Below are positions 42,694-51,307 of a DNA stretch of 64,000 nt, piece by piece. Made by a program: the position numbers and the translations under genes. The first letter of the stretch is position 1. Every line of letters starts with the position of its first letter. The stretch lies in the NCBI GenBank assembly GCA_041650755.1, contig JBAZKN010000003.1:86466-150465 (forward strand). Reading direction: 5' to 3'. This DNA comes from Patescibacteria group bacterium (lineage in GTDB: Bacteria > Patescibacteriota > Patescibacteriia > UBA1558 > GWA2-36-10). A model generated the notes under the pieces. The model searched no databases, had not been told where the DNA came from, and worked only from the letters and a program-made list of their open reading frames with translations.

Positions 42694-43263
42694 TTACTTT
42701 TGACCAGCCTGCAGGGCGCGCTTAATTTTACCGGCCAGATCATCGTTGTCGACCGGCAAATTTTTCACCATCTCTTGCGCTTCTCGCTCTTTATACCCAA
42801 GCGATACTAGGGCCTCCACAACTTGCCTATTACTGCCCGTTGACCCAGCAATAGAAGAGAGTTCGTCTATAAACTTCTCTTTGAGTTCAACTACAATGCG
42901 CTCGGCTGTTTTTTTGCCAATGCCAGAAACCTGACGCAGAAAATCTGGATCCCCAGTAGTAATGGCTCTCTTTAGTTCTTCTATTTCTGCCAATCCTAAA
43001 ACATTAATGGCACTTTTTGGCCCCACTCCAGAAACAGAAATTAATTTTTTAAAAAAATCTAAAGCGCCCGTAGTTTTAAAACCGTATAAATCAAAGGTAT
43101 CTTCTTTTATATAAGAATAAACAAAAAACTCGACTGGACTATTTTTTTCAAGCGCCTGCCAATCCTTGGCGCTTAAAAAAACCTCATAGCCAATATCCCC
43201 GGCCAAGACAATCACTGATTTTTGGGTTTTTTCCAATATACTACCTTTTAAATAGGAAATCAT
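42694..43263 (-). CDS. ruvA: Holliday junction branch-migration protein RuvA
   Basis: 189 aa with the N-terminal OB-fold MISYLKGSILEKTQKSVIVLAGDIGYEVFL and HhH motifs (SVSGVGPKSA, SGIGKKTAERI). Confidence 0.85.
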   Translation of the reverse strand: MISYLKGSILEKTQKSVIVLAGDIGYEVFLSAKDWQALEKNSPVEFFVYSYIKEDTFDLYGFKTTGALDFFKKLISVSGVGPKSAINVLGLAEIEELKRAITTGDPDFLRQVSGIGKKTAERIVVELKEKFIDELSSIAGSTGSNRQVVEALVSLGYKEREAQEMVKNLPVDNDDLAGKIKRALQAGQK

Positions 43264-43301
43264 ATCTTCCTAAGCTTAACAAAATCTGGCAATAAATTCA
43301 A

Positions 43302-43328
43302 TTGACAAAAGCGCGCTTGTGTTATAAT
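43302..43328 (+). promoter_or_regulatory. Promoter-like TTGACA-15-TATAAT upstream of the GC-rich islet 2 gene
   Basis: TTGACA at 43302-43307 and TATAAT at 43323-43328. The 15-nt spacer is short. Confidence 0.35.
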
Positions 43329-43411
43329 TTATATTGTCAACCAAGAACAACAAAATGGTTGGGTACCTTCGCTTCCCAAACGCGGAACCAAAAGCCATGG
43401 AGGTGGCCGGT

Positions 43412-44032
43412 ATGTCAGCGTCCTCTGGTGGTCACAGTCTCCTTGTCCGCATGGGCCTTGTGTTTCTGGCGGTGCTGGTCCTGTCCTCGCTGGCCTGGAC
43501 CAGCTACGAAGCCCGCCTGGGCCACGCTCCCCACAACAACGCGACGCTGCTCTTCAACTGGTCCTGGCTGGCCAACCTGCCTCGGCCCGATTCCGACCCG
43601 CTGGCGCTCGGCATCCTGCTGCTCGGAATCTACGCCCTGCTCAAGCTCGTCAGCTTCAACCCGATCGCGAGCGTGGGCCAAATGGCTATTGGCCTCACGG
43701 TGTATTGCCTGGCCGGCTCGTGGCTTGGGCCTGCCTGGGGTCTGCTGGCCAGCTTGATCGTCGGCTTGGTGATTTCTTTTCTTTTCACGCTCCGCCACAT
43801 TAGGCGGATCCAGCAGGGTCACCGCCGAGAGCGTCTGCTCTTCAGTGATGTAGTATTCGAGCTCTTCTTATCGCCGCTAACTGGGGGCAACGGCATTATG
43901 CCAGGTATAGTACTGGGCATTGGTGCAATCAACGGCTTTGCGGTAGCACTACCCATGGCCTTTGTCCTGTTGGTGCTGCCCCTGATTCTGCTCTGCGGCG
44001 TCTTGGCCATAGCAGAAAACGACGACCTCTAG
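43412..44032 (+). CDS. GC-rich islet 2: polytopic membrane protein of unknown function (~207 aa)
   Basis: RBS GGAGGTG lies 6 nt before the ATG at 43412. About 5-6 hydrophobic helices. High-GC codon usage. The ORF-track version starts further upstream at 43334. Confidence 0.5.
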   Translation: MSASSGGHSLLVRMGLVFLAVLVLSSLAWTSYEARLGHAPHNNATLLFNWSWLANLPRPDSDPLALGILLLGIYALLKLVSFNPIASVGQMAIGLTVYCLAGSWLGPAWGLLASLIVGLVISFLFTLRHIRRIQQGHRRERLLFSDVVFELFLSPLTGGNGIMPGIVLGIGAINGFAVALPMAFVLLVLPLILLCGVLAIAENDDL

Positions 44033-44044
44033 CCACACTGATTC

Positions 44045-44094
44045 ATTGCGAGATTCTCGCAACCGTTGCTTGCCAGGCAACGGTTTTTTCTTTT
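44045..44094 (+). terminator. Intrinsic terminator of the islet 2 gene
   Basis: Tandem hairpins (ttgcgag...ctcgcaa, then aaccgttgc ttgccag gcaacggtt) are followed by TTTTTCTTTT. Confidence 0.65.
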
Positions 44095-44107
44095 ATAATA
44101 TAGAAAT

Positions 44108-44338
44108 ATGAAAAAATATAAAGTCATCATAAATCGCAAAGAGTGCTTGGGCTGTGGTTCTTGCGTGTCTATTATGTCTAGGCTTTTGTCTTTGGACCCA
44201 ACGGATAATTTAGTCAACTTCAAAAACTCAAGCTTATTCGAGAATGCCTTGGTTGGTGAAATAAACGAGGAAGACTTGGCTGATTTCAGTCTGGCGGCCG
44301 ATGCCTGCCCTTTGGGAATAATAAAAATCGAAAAATAG
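44108..44338 (+). CDS. Small [4Fe-4S] ferredoxin
   Basis: 76 aa with a CLGCGSC cluster motif and a distal AADACP ligand, as in single-cluster ferredoxins. Confidence 0.6.
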   Translation: MKKYKVIINRKECLGCGSCVSIMSRLLSLDPTDNLVNFKNSSLFENALVGEINEEDLADFSLAADACPLGIIKIEK

Positions 44339-44364
44339 CCAAAAAACACCTTAAAACAAAAAAA

Positions 44365-44392
44365 CACCTTAATCGCGCAAAGGTGCTTTTTT
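44365..44392 (+). terminator. Terminator after the ferredoxin gene
   Basis: cacctt aatcgcgcaa aggtg followed by T6. Confidence 0.5.
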
Positions 44393-44506
44393 AGTCTTTC
44401 TTGCGAAAGAAATCAATATTTTCTGGAATATCCCAGGAGATCCACTTCGACGCGAGAACCTCCAAGGTTATAACATTATAACAAATCTTTTTAAATGTGG
44501 CAAAGT

Positions 44507-45610
44507 CTATTGCCTAATAGGCATCACTAAATACAAATAGTCTTGGTTGCTGGTTGGCTGCAATAATCCAGGGGAAGAATTATTGTTAGTCTTTAAGATT
44601 GTCTGGCTGCCATCAATTGTGTTAAGCCCATCCAATAAATATCTGTAATTAAAAACAATGTCGTTGTTTTCTCCTTTAATTTCTGCTTGAATCTTAGCCG
44701 TACTATTGCCTGTGTTGGCCGAAGCAGTAGAAACTACAATTTCGCCCGCGCTATGATCAAGGCTCAAGCGAATGTCATTGATGCCTTGTTTGCAAAATAA
44801 TGACACGGCCTTAATGGCTGGTATCAATTTATCAATGTCGCATTTGGCTGTTGTCACAAAACTATTGGGAATTATTTGCTTGTAGTCTGGATAGCGACCA
44901 TCAATCACTCGAGACACCAACTCTACTCCATCAAAAACAAACAGTATTTGGTTTTCATTAAAATATAATTTTATTTTTTCATCATTTTGCTCGACTAGTA
45001 TGCGGGACAGTTCTTGTAGGGTTTTGAGAGGAATAATTAAACTAATTTCCCTGCCCTTATTTTCAATTTTAATTTTTCTCTCCGCCAACCTGTAGCTGTC
45101 GGTGGCTGCTAAAACCAGCTGATCTTTATAAAAATGAAAGTTTACGGCATTAATCTCAACCCTAGAGCTATCCAAAGAGGCTGCAAATAATACTTGGTTT
45201 AACCCCTTTTTAAGATCGCTGGCCGCTATTTCAATTTCATTGTTTTTTTCTATTTCTGGTATCAAAGGAAAGTCCTCTGCTTCTAAGCCCTTAATACTGG
45301 TTTCTTGATTTGAGCTTTTAACTTCTAGGCTGCCATCCTTTAGTTCTAAAATAATATTCTCTTTGGGTAAGAGGCTAATGAAGTTATTTAATAATTTGGC
45401 CTCAACGGTAAAATCTCCTTCCTCTTCTACTTTACTACGAACAAAAACTCTGATACCAATTTCTAAATCAGTGGTTACAAGGATTAAACCCCCTTTATCG
45501 GCTTTTAATAAAACGTTGTTTAAAATAGGAAGATTACTATTTTTATTAGCAATGTGGGAGACTAGTCCTAAGCCCTTGTTTAAATTTTCTTGGGTGCAAA
45601 CGATTTTCAT
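44507..45610 (-). CDS. dnaN: DNA polymerase III beta sliding clamp
   Basis: 367 aa with the three-domain beta-clamp architecture and an N-terminus MKIVCTQENLNKGLGLVSHIA typical of DnaN. It lies directly downstream of dnaA. Confidence 0.85.
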   Translation of the reverse strand: MKIVCTQENLNKGLGLVSHIANKNSNLPILNNVLLKADKGGLILVTTDLEIGIRVFVRSKVEEEGDFTVEAKLLNNFISLLPKENIILELKDGSLEVKSSNQETSIKGLEAEDFPLIPEIEKNNEIEIAASDLKKGLNQVLFAASLDSSRVEINAVNFHFYKDQLVLAATDSYRLAERKIKIENKGREISLIIPLKTLQELSRILVEQNDEKIKLYFNENQILFVFDGVELVSRVIDGRYPDYKQIIPNSFVTTAKCDIDKLIPAIKAVSLFCKQGINDIRLSLDHSAGEIVVSTASANTGNSTAKIQAEIKGENNDIVFNYRYLLDGLNTIDGSQTILKTNNNSSPGLLQPTSNQDYLYLVMPIRQ

Positions 45611-45855
45611 ATTATTATTAATTATATATTTATAAATAAAGTAGTATTAGTAGAGGGTGTTTATATGTGGATAGAGAGCAGAAAATTTTTAATTTACTGG
45701 GGTTGGGCGCCTATATTTTCTATAAATCAATAGGGGAAAAGTTGTTGGCAAGTTGAAAAAATATTTTTTAGTTTGGGGACAAGTTTAGAAAAAAAGTTTC
45801 TTATTAAAAAGTTTTTATTATCTATAAACAATTTGTTCTAAGTATTATACACAGC
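45611..45855. other. Putative oriC segment (dnaA-dnaN intergenic) with DnaA-box-like 9-mers
   Basis: AT-rich spacer of 245 nt. It contains TGTGGATAG (45666-45674), TTATCTATA (45818-45826) and TTATACACA (45845-45853). These have 1, 2 and 1 mismatches to TTATCCACA or its reverse complement. Confidence 0.45.
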
Positions 45856-47232
45856 TTATTCATAGATTTTCTGTCTTAGGACAGATAGATCATTTTTTAT
45901 TTTGTCGTCCGCTGTGGCCAGTTCAGCAATTTTTAAGCAAGCGTGCATAGCCGTGGTGTGGTCTCGGCCACCAATCTCTTGACCAATGTTTGGGAAAGAA
46001 CTTTTTAGCTGTTCGCGCATCAAAAACATTGCAATTTGGCGGGGTAAAACCAGCTCTTTTTTACGACTAGAGCCCAACAATTGCTCTAAGGTAATGCCAA
46101 AAAAGTCAGCCACAACACGAAGTAGTTTTTTGCTGGTTAGGCCGGCTTTTTTTGGGTTGGCAGATATGCCACTAAGTAAAGAACGCACGCTTTCTATAGT
46201 GGGAGCAGTATTGTTTAATTGGTGAAAGGCAATAATTCTGTTTAGTGCGCCCTCTAATTCACGGATATTTTCCTGGATGTTTTCTGCAACCAAATGGACG
46301 ATGTCAATTGCCAGGCGGTAATTGCGTTGTTGGCACTTCATTTCTAGGATGGCCACCCGGGTTTCTAAGTCGGGGAAAGAAATATCAGCGATCATTCCCC
46401 ACTCAAAACGAGAAATTAGGCGGTTTTCAATGCCCGGTATAGCCTTGGGCGGCCGGTCAGAAGAAATAATAATTTGTTTATTGTTTTGGTGCAAGGCATT
46501 AAAGGTGTGAAAAAATTCCTCCTGAGTTTGCTCTTTTCCGGCGATAAACTGGATATCATCAATTAATAAAACATCAACATTGCGGTAAATGTTTTTGAAT
46601 TGATCAGTCTTCCCGCTTTTTATTGCGAAAATGAAGTCATTGGTAAATTTTTCGCTGTTTATATAGAGAATCTTTTTCTTGGGGTTTTTTTCTAAGATAT
46701 AGTTACCAACGGCCTGCACCAGGTGAGTTTTTCCCAAGCCAACCCCACCATAAATAAATAAAGGGTTATAAATTTCCCCCGGTTTTTGGGCGGCTGCCAG
46801 GGCCGCTGCTTGAGCCAGCTCATTTCCCGGGCCAACTATGAAAGTATTAAAAACATAGTGGTTGTTTAGGCCGAATTTATTGGTATTTTTTTGTCCATTT
46901 TGAGAAGCAGAGTTATTCACAGGGGGTATTTCAGCAACAGCAGTTTGGCTAGTTTTTTGGCTAATATTAGCCGAATAGCTCTTTGATTCCACCCTGTAGA
47001 TAACCTGTAGATTATTTTTTAACAAAACATCCTCTAGTGCCTTGGCGATGTGGTTGTGGTATTTCTTTTCCAGCCAAACTTTAGTAAAAGAATTTGGTAC
47101 ACCAACCACTACCTGTTGGTCATCAAACTCAACCAAAAAGGTATTTTTGAACCAAGTGGTAAAATTAGCTCGGCTAATCAAAAGCTCAAGCTGGCCCAAG
47201 GCACTTTGCCAAATTTTGTCATTATTTTCCAT
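45856..47232 (-). CDS. dnaA: Chromosomal replication initiator DnaA
   Basis: 458 aa with the AAA+ Walker A GGVGLGKTHL, Walker B LLIDDIQF and a C-terminal DnaA-box-binding domain. Confidence 0.9.
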   Translation of the reverse strand: MENNDKIWQSALGQLELLISRANFTTWFKNTFLVEFDDQQVVVGVPNSFTKVWLEKKYHNHIAKALEDVLLKNNLQVIYRVESKSYSANISQKTSQTAVAEIPPVNNSASQNGQKNTNKFGLNNHYVFNTFIVGPGNELAQAAALAAAQKPGEIYNPLFIYGGVGLGKTHLVQAVGNYILEKNPKKKILYINSEKFTNDFIFAIKSGKTDQFKNIYRNVDVLLIDDIQFIAGKEQTQEEFFHTFNALHQNNKQIIISSDRPPKAIPGIENRLISRFEWGMIADISFPDLETRVAILEMKCQQRNYRLAIDIVHLVAENIQENIRELEGALNRIIAFHQLNNTAPTIESVRSLLSGISANPKKAGLTSKKLLRVVADFFGITLEQLLGSSRKKELVLPRQIAMFLMREQLKSSFPNIGQEIGGRDHTTAMHACLKIAELATADDKIKNDLSVLRQKIYE

Positions 47233-47420
47233 GAATTTAAAGAAATAAACTAGCTTAAATATAGCACAGAAATTTATTAACTCAAATATACACAGCAGAT
47301 GATAAGGTGTTTATAAGCTGTTGATAAGATAACACACATTTTTTGTCTAATAAAGACCTTGCTAAAACCAGGCCATCATGTTATCATAAGTACGATAATT
47401 TTATAAAAAGCTCAAAAAAT
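47233..47420. other. dnaA upstream / rpmH promoter region (possible second oriC module)
   Basis: AT-rich divergent intergenic region with only weak DnaA-box-like 9-mers (ATATACACA at 47286-47294). Confidence 0.3.
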
Positions 47421-47561
47421 ATGGCAACCAAAAGAACGTATCAACCAAAAAAAAGAAAAAGAGCAAAAAAACACGGGTTTAGAAAACGGATGGCCACCAA
47501 AAATGGTCGCAAGGTGTTGAAACGGCGCCGAACCAAGAAAAGAGCCAGGCTAACAATTTAA
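47421..47561 (+). CDS. rpmH: 50S ribosomal protein L34
   Basis: [46 protein letters not shown] is canonical bL34. Confidence 0.85.
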   Translation: MATKRTYQPKKRKRAKKHGFRKRMATKNGRKVLKRRRTKKRARLTI

Positions 47562-47566
47562 ATATT

Positions 47567-47926
47567 ATGTTGGCTAAGGCCTACCGCTTGCAAAAAGACA
47601 CAGAAATTAAAAGGTTGATCCATTCAGGTAAAACCTTTTTTTTGCCTCAAATGACTATAAAATACCTATTTCAAGCAAATTCTGGTATTAAAATTGGTTT
47701 TGTTGTTTCCAATAAGATAGATAAGCGGGCCACAGTCAGAAACCAGCTAAAGAGAAGACTCAGGGAAGCGGTTCGCAAGCTTTTGCCCGATTTGAAAAGT
47801 GGGTATTCTTTGCTAATTATAGCTAAAAAATCAGCGCTAGATTTAGGTGTTTTGTCGCTAAACAAGCAATTAATTTTTGCTTTAAATCAAATAAAAGTAT
47901 ATAATAAGAAAATTGATAAAACTTAA
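47567..47926 (+). CDS. rnpA: Ribonuclease P protein component
   Basis: 119 aa basic protein (MLAKAYRLQKDTEIKRL..., RNR-like KRATVRNQLKRRLRE) directly after rpmH. Confidence 0.8.
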   Translation: MLAKAYRLQKDTEIKRLIHSGKTFFLPQMTIKYLFQANSGIKIGFVVSNKIDKRATVRNQLKRRLREAVRKLLPDLKSGYSLLIIAKKSALDLGVLSLNKQLIFALNQIKVYNKKIDKT

Positions 47927-48189
47927 TGTTAGTTTTTAAATATTTTAGTCTAATATTAGCCAAAATATTATTAAAACTGATAAGGCTATATCAGAGGACC
48001 ATTTCTCCGGACACAGGATGGTTTAGGGCCCTAAACCCCTATGGTTTCTGTCGCTTTGAGCCGCATTGTTCAGAATATGGTTATAGGGCAATAGCTAAAT
48101 ATGGCCCATTTTTGGGGTCATATAAGGCCCTAGCCAGAATTATTCGTTGCCATCCTTGGGCTGGCGGCGGCCATGACCCCCTAGTGTAA
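47926..48189 (+). CDS. yidD: Membrane protein insertion efficiency factor YidD
   Basis: 87 aa with the conserved CRFEPHCSEYGYRAIAKYGPFLGSYKALARIIRCHPWAGGGHDP. Confidence 0.8.
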   Translation: MLVFKYFSLILAKILLKLIRLYQRTISPDTGWFRALNPYGFCRFEPHCSEYGYRAIAKYGPFLGSYKALARIIRCHPWAGGGHDPLV

Positions 48190-48203
48190 TCAAAACATTA
48201 AAT

Positions 48204-48902
48204 ATGAATATTTTTTATACAATTTTTTATCAGCCAATTTTCAACCTGCTTATTTGGATGTATAATCTTATCCCAGGTCAAGATCTGGGCTTGGCGATAT
48301 TATTATTGACGCTACTGGTGCGTTTGGCCTTATATCCCCTATCTCGACAATCGATCAAGTCGCAGAGAGAGTTGCAGGTTTTGCAACCACAAATTGAAGC
48401 GCTGAAAGAAAAATACAAAAACGACAAAGAGAAAATGGGTCCAGAGTTAATGGCTCTATATAAGGAAAAGAAGATTAACCCCTTTGCTTCTTGTCTGCCG
48501 ACGCTTATCCAGCTCCCGTTCTTATTTGCTATTTATAAAGTATTTTTTAACGGCCTGACCAAAGAAAATAGTTTATCAGCACTTTATGGTTTTGTAAGCA
48601 ACCCGGGGCAACTAAATATGCTTGCCTTTGGTTTTATAGACTTGTCACAAAAAAGTATTCCTTTAGCTATCGCTGCTGGCATTGCTCAGTTCTGGCAATC
48701 AAAAATGTTAATGGGTCAAAACAAGGGAGGCGGATTGGCCGGCGCCATGAATACTCAGATGATTTATATTCTGCCGATTTTTACCGCGGTCATTGGTTCT
48801 AGCTTGCCGGCCGGGCTTACGCTTTATTGGTTTTTTACAACCGTGTTTTCAATCGCCCAACAATATTTGGTTTTAGGAACCAGAAAACAAAAAACTGCCT
48901 AA
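48204..48902 (+). CDS. yidC: Membrane protein insertase YidC (short Gram-positive type)
   Basis: 232 aa with five TM helices and conserved YidC/Oxa1 core segments (LPTLIQLPFLFAIYKVF, LYWFFTTVFSIAQQY). Confidence 0.8.
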   Translation: MNIFYTIFYQPIFNLLIWMYNLIPGQDLGLAILLLTLLVRLALYPLSRQSIKSQRELQVLQPQIEALKEKYKNDKEKMGPELMALYKEKKINPFASCLPTLIQLPFLFAIYKVFFNGLTKENSLSALYGFVSNPGQLNMLAFGFIDLSQKSIPLAIAAGIAQFWQSKMLMGQNKGGGLAGAMNTQMIYILPIFTAVIGSSLPAGLTLYWFFTTVFSIAQQYLVLGTRKQKTA

Positions 48903-48929
48903 GGCAGTTTTTTGTTTGTAAGTTTTTTA

Positions 48930-49676
48930 TTAATCAAAAGAGCGATCCGGTCCGACGATGACTCTTAATTTTTGTGGGACAATTTTTATTTCAGCCGGGG
49001 TTTTCATGATTATTTGTTCATCGGTAAGTATTGCTACCTGCTCTTCAGCCTGGCTAGAAATTTTTATTTTAGTAAAGGGCAAAACTGTACCGGCGATGGC
49101 CTTTTTGCCTAAAAATGTCGATTTTATTGGGGTAATTACAGCTTCCAGCACTCCATCAACCGGGCTAGACTGGCTGATCTGTTGGGGGTCAGCAAAATTA
49201 TAAATCGTGATTTTATTATTGAGCGTGGTGGGCTGAACTTTGAAATCATCGTACTCTATAGTGACGTCGCCATTGCTAATTTCGGCGCTACCAATAAAAT
49301 AATGATTGTTGATTTGGCCCAAATCAACTTTTTTTATAATGCGAGCGGCCAAAGCATCGCAAGCCAAAATTTTTGGCGGCACACCCAAGAGTCGGGCAAT
49401 CTTGTTGTCATTATCAACCGGTATGATGCCCAGCACAACATCCAAATCAGCCACAATATTTATTACCTTGGCAAAAGTTTGGGTATCGCCGATCACCACA
49501 ATTGTCTGGATGCCATCTTTGACACCATCGACGATAAGCTCCTTCATGTTTTTGAGAATAGATAAACGAGCTATGCGTCCCTTGATGCCCAGGTCAGTTA
49601 CTCTTTTTTCAATCTGCACCAATAGGTCGGCGTACTTTTTATCGTTCAAAAAAGAGTCGTAAATATATAGATACAT
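48930..49676 (-). CDS. Diacylglycerol-kinase catalytic-domain family protein (YegS/BmrU-like putative lipid kinase)
   Basis: 248 aa with a DAGK_cat-like N-terminus (GIQTIVVIGDTQTFAKVINIV...GIIPVDNDNKIARLLGVP). Confidence 0.5.
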   Translation of the reverse strand: MYLYIYDSFLNDKKYADLLVQIEKRVTDLGIKGRIARLSILKNMKELIVDGVKDGIQTIVVIGDTQTFAKVINIVADLDVVLGIIPVDNDNKIARLLGVPPKILACDALAARIIKKVDLGQINNHYFIGSAEISNGDVTIEYDDFKVQPTTLNNKITIYNFADPQQISQSSPVDGVLEAVITPIKSTFLGKKAIAGTVLPFTKIKISSQAEEQVAILTDEQIIMKTPAEIKIVPQKLRVIVGPDRSFD

Positions 49677-49690
49677 AATCAGGCCAACTT

Positions 49691-50128
49691 TTAGGCTGTT
49701 GGTATAATTTCGTCAGATTCGTTTTCTATTTTTCTACCTTCCTTTTCTTTGTGGGTTGATTCTTCTTTACCCGGATTAGCGACAGGCATGGCCAAGTTAC
49801 CCTGCAATAGAGCGCCGCTTTCGATAGAGATGATTTGGGTTTTGATGTCCCCCAAAATAACTGCCGTGCCGGTGATTTCCAGTTTGCCCTTGACAGTTAT
49901 GTTGCCCTTGACTTTGCCGGAGATAAAAGCGTTGTTTGCCTTGATGCTCGCTTCTACTACTGCATTCTGCCCAATCTTGAGGTTATTTTTTGTCTGTAAG
50001 CTACCTATCAGCATGCCCTCAATAATCAAATCTCCCTCGCCCCTAAAATCTCCTTCTACTTTGACTGACGGCCCAATGATAGTTTCAATGTTTTTTTGGT
50101 TTACTAGAGGTTGATTTTTGTTGAACAT
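49691..50128 (-). CDS. Bactofilin (polymer-forming cytoskeletal protein)
   Basis: Beta-helical repeat core (IIGPSVKVEGDFRGEGDLIIEGMLIGSL...VVEASIKANNAFISGKVKGNITVKGKLEITGTAVILGDI) with an acidic C-terminal tail. The start is placed at MFNKNQ. Confidence 0.7.
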   Translation of the reverse strand: MFNKNQPLVNQKNIETIIGPSVKVEGDFRGEGDLIIEGMLIGSLQTKNNLKIGQNAVVEASIKANNAFISGKVKGNITVKGKLEITGTAVILGDIKTQIISIESGALLQGNLAMPVANPGKEESTHKEKEGRKIENESDEIIPTA

Positions 50129-50492
50129 ATTGGTTGTTGTTAATTTAAAAATAAAGCATATGAATTTTAGTGGAAAAATCAACAAAAGTCAAAGAAAAAA
50201 TAATAGACAATTTAGCCAATATATATTAGAATATGGGTATTAATTTTTAAGACAAAACCTTTATGCAAGATTTTAAGTTTATTAAGCAAGACCTGAGAAA
50301 GATATTTTTGACACTATTATTGATTATTGTCATTTTTGGAGTGCTGTATTATTTAGAAAGCAGTCGTTCTCTGTTAACAAAAATGTTGCCTTAATATAAT
50401 ATATTACGACACAATATTTTAACTAAGTACAGCGAAAATATCATATATTATTTTTTTGATAGATTAATAAGGCAGTAGAAATCCCCTTATTT

Positions 50493-50568
50493 GACCCCAT
50501 AGTTTAAATGGATAAAACGGGAACCTCCTAAGTTCCAAATCTAGGTTCAATTCCTGGTGGGGTCACCA
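50493..50568 (+). tRNA. tRNA-Arg (anticodon CCT)
   Basis: Cloverleaf: acceptor GACCCCA/TGGGGTC, anticodon stem GGAAC/GTTCC with loop CTCCTAA, T-arm CTAGG-TTCAATT-CCTGG, discriminator A and encoded CCA. Confidence 0.75.
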
Positions 50569-50751
50569 CGTTGATATTTGTTAGCCCCCTAATTATTACT
50601 AATACTATTTAATATAAGAAATATAAAAAGGTGTAGAATATGCTACACTTTTTTATGTGCTATACTTTATACAAATTCCGTAAAGAAAGCCATATTTTAT
50701 CTAATATTTGCTATATTGTAGATTATTGGTATAAATTTTAGGTAAAACAAA

Positions 50752-50795
50752 GGGGCCCATGTGAACACAGCGCTAAACGCTGTTGCTCGGGCCCC
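50752..50795 (-). terminator. Intrinsic terminator of the islet 3 gene
   Basis: Nested GC hairpin ggggccc ... (acagcg ctaaa cgctgt) ... gggcccc, followed on the minus strand by CTTTGTTTTACC. Confidence 0.6.
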
Positions 50796-50800
50796 AGGGC

Positions 50801-51148
50801 TCAGTACCACCTCGGGCTCAGGATGTGGAATATCGGCGGCACCAGGAAAAACCTGCCGATTATCCAGAACAAGAGCACGAGCAGCACGTAAGCTACTGCC
50901 GGAGACTTGCCTTTCCAGAGAGCGATGATCTGGCTGAAGATGACGAACATGAGCCAGACCACCCCAAGAAACAGGATCGAGCGGCCGACACACCAGAAGG
51001 TAGCGCCGAACGCCCAATGAGACAGGATCGCCGGCCGGAACAGCCACTTGTAACTGAGGCAACCCAGGAGCACGATCATGGCCCAGGTCACCAAAGTCCA
51101 GAGCAGTCCGCCGAACCCCTGAAAGAACACTCCCAGAAACTCCTTCAT
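50801..51148 (-). CDS. GC-rich islet 3: small polytopic membrane protein of unknown function (115 aa)
   Basis: RBS GAGGAGGTG lies 5 nt before the ATG. 3-4 TM helices (MKEFLGVFFQGFGGLLWTLVTWAMIVLLG...). High-GC codon usage. Confidence 0.5.
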   Translation of the reverse strand: MKEFLGVFFQGFGGLLWTLVTWAMIVLLGCLSYKWLFRPAILSHWAFGATFWCVGRSILFLGVVWLMFVIFSQIIALWKGKSPAVAYVLLVLLFWIIGRFFLVPPIFHILSPRWY

Positions 51149-51198
51149 GGGTCACCTCCTCGAACGGGTCTAGGGGGCGGGCTTTCTTGTAACATTAA

Positions 51199-51227
51199 AT
51201 AATAGCATAAATATATATATTTGTCAA
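51199..51227 (-). promoter_or_regulatory. Consensus sigma70-type promoter (TTGACA-17-TATTAT) driving the islet 3 gene
   Basis: On the minus strand, TTGACA is at 51227-51222 and TATTAT at 51204-51199, with an exact 17-nt spacer. Confidence 0.5.
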
Positions 51228-51255
51228 GATTAAATAAGCTAGTCAACGGTGCTAT

Positions 51256-51299
51256 TTGACAGCGAATTTTATCTATGCTAACATACCCTGTGGGGGTAT
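51256..51299 (+). promoter_or_regulatory. Promoter (TTGACA-17-TAACAT) overlapping a GC-tract inverted repeat ATACCC-tgtgg-GGGTAT (CsoR-type operator) upstream of the csoR-like-trxA-trxB operon
   Basis: -35 at 51256-51261 and -10 at 51279-51284. The inverted repeat ATACCC/GGGTAT at 51283-51299 overlaps the -10/+1 region. Confidence 0.5.
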
Positions 51300-51307
51300 A
51301 TAAGAAT

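Noticed and set aside
43302-43822. Alternative frames in islet 2 (151 aa plus, 135 aa minus)
   Set aside because: They are Arg/Pro-rich translations typical of off-frame reading of GC-rich DNA. The membrane-protein frame with an RBS is preferred.
44029-44367. 112-aa minus-strand ORF
   Set aside because: It overlaps the ferredoxin gene, which has a clean CxxCxxC motif, on the other strand. It has no RBS.
50697-51202. Alternative ORFs in islet 3 (152 aa minus, 139 aa plus)
   Set aside because: The 152-aa frame runs beyond the GC block and lacks an RBS. The plus-strand frame is a low-complexity acidic/His-rich shadow. The 115-aa minus ORF with the GAGGAGGTG RBS and terminator is preferred.
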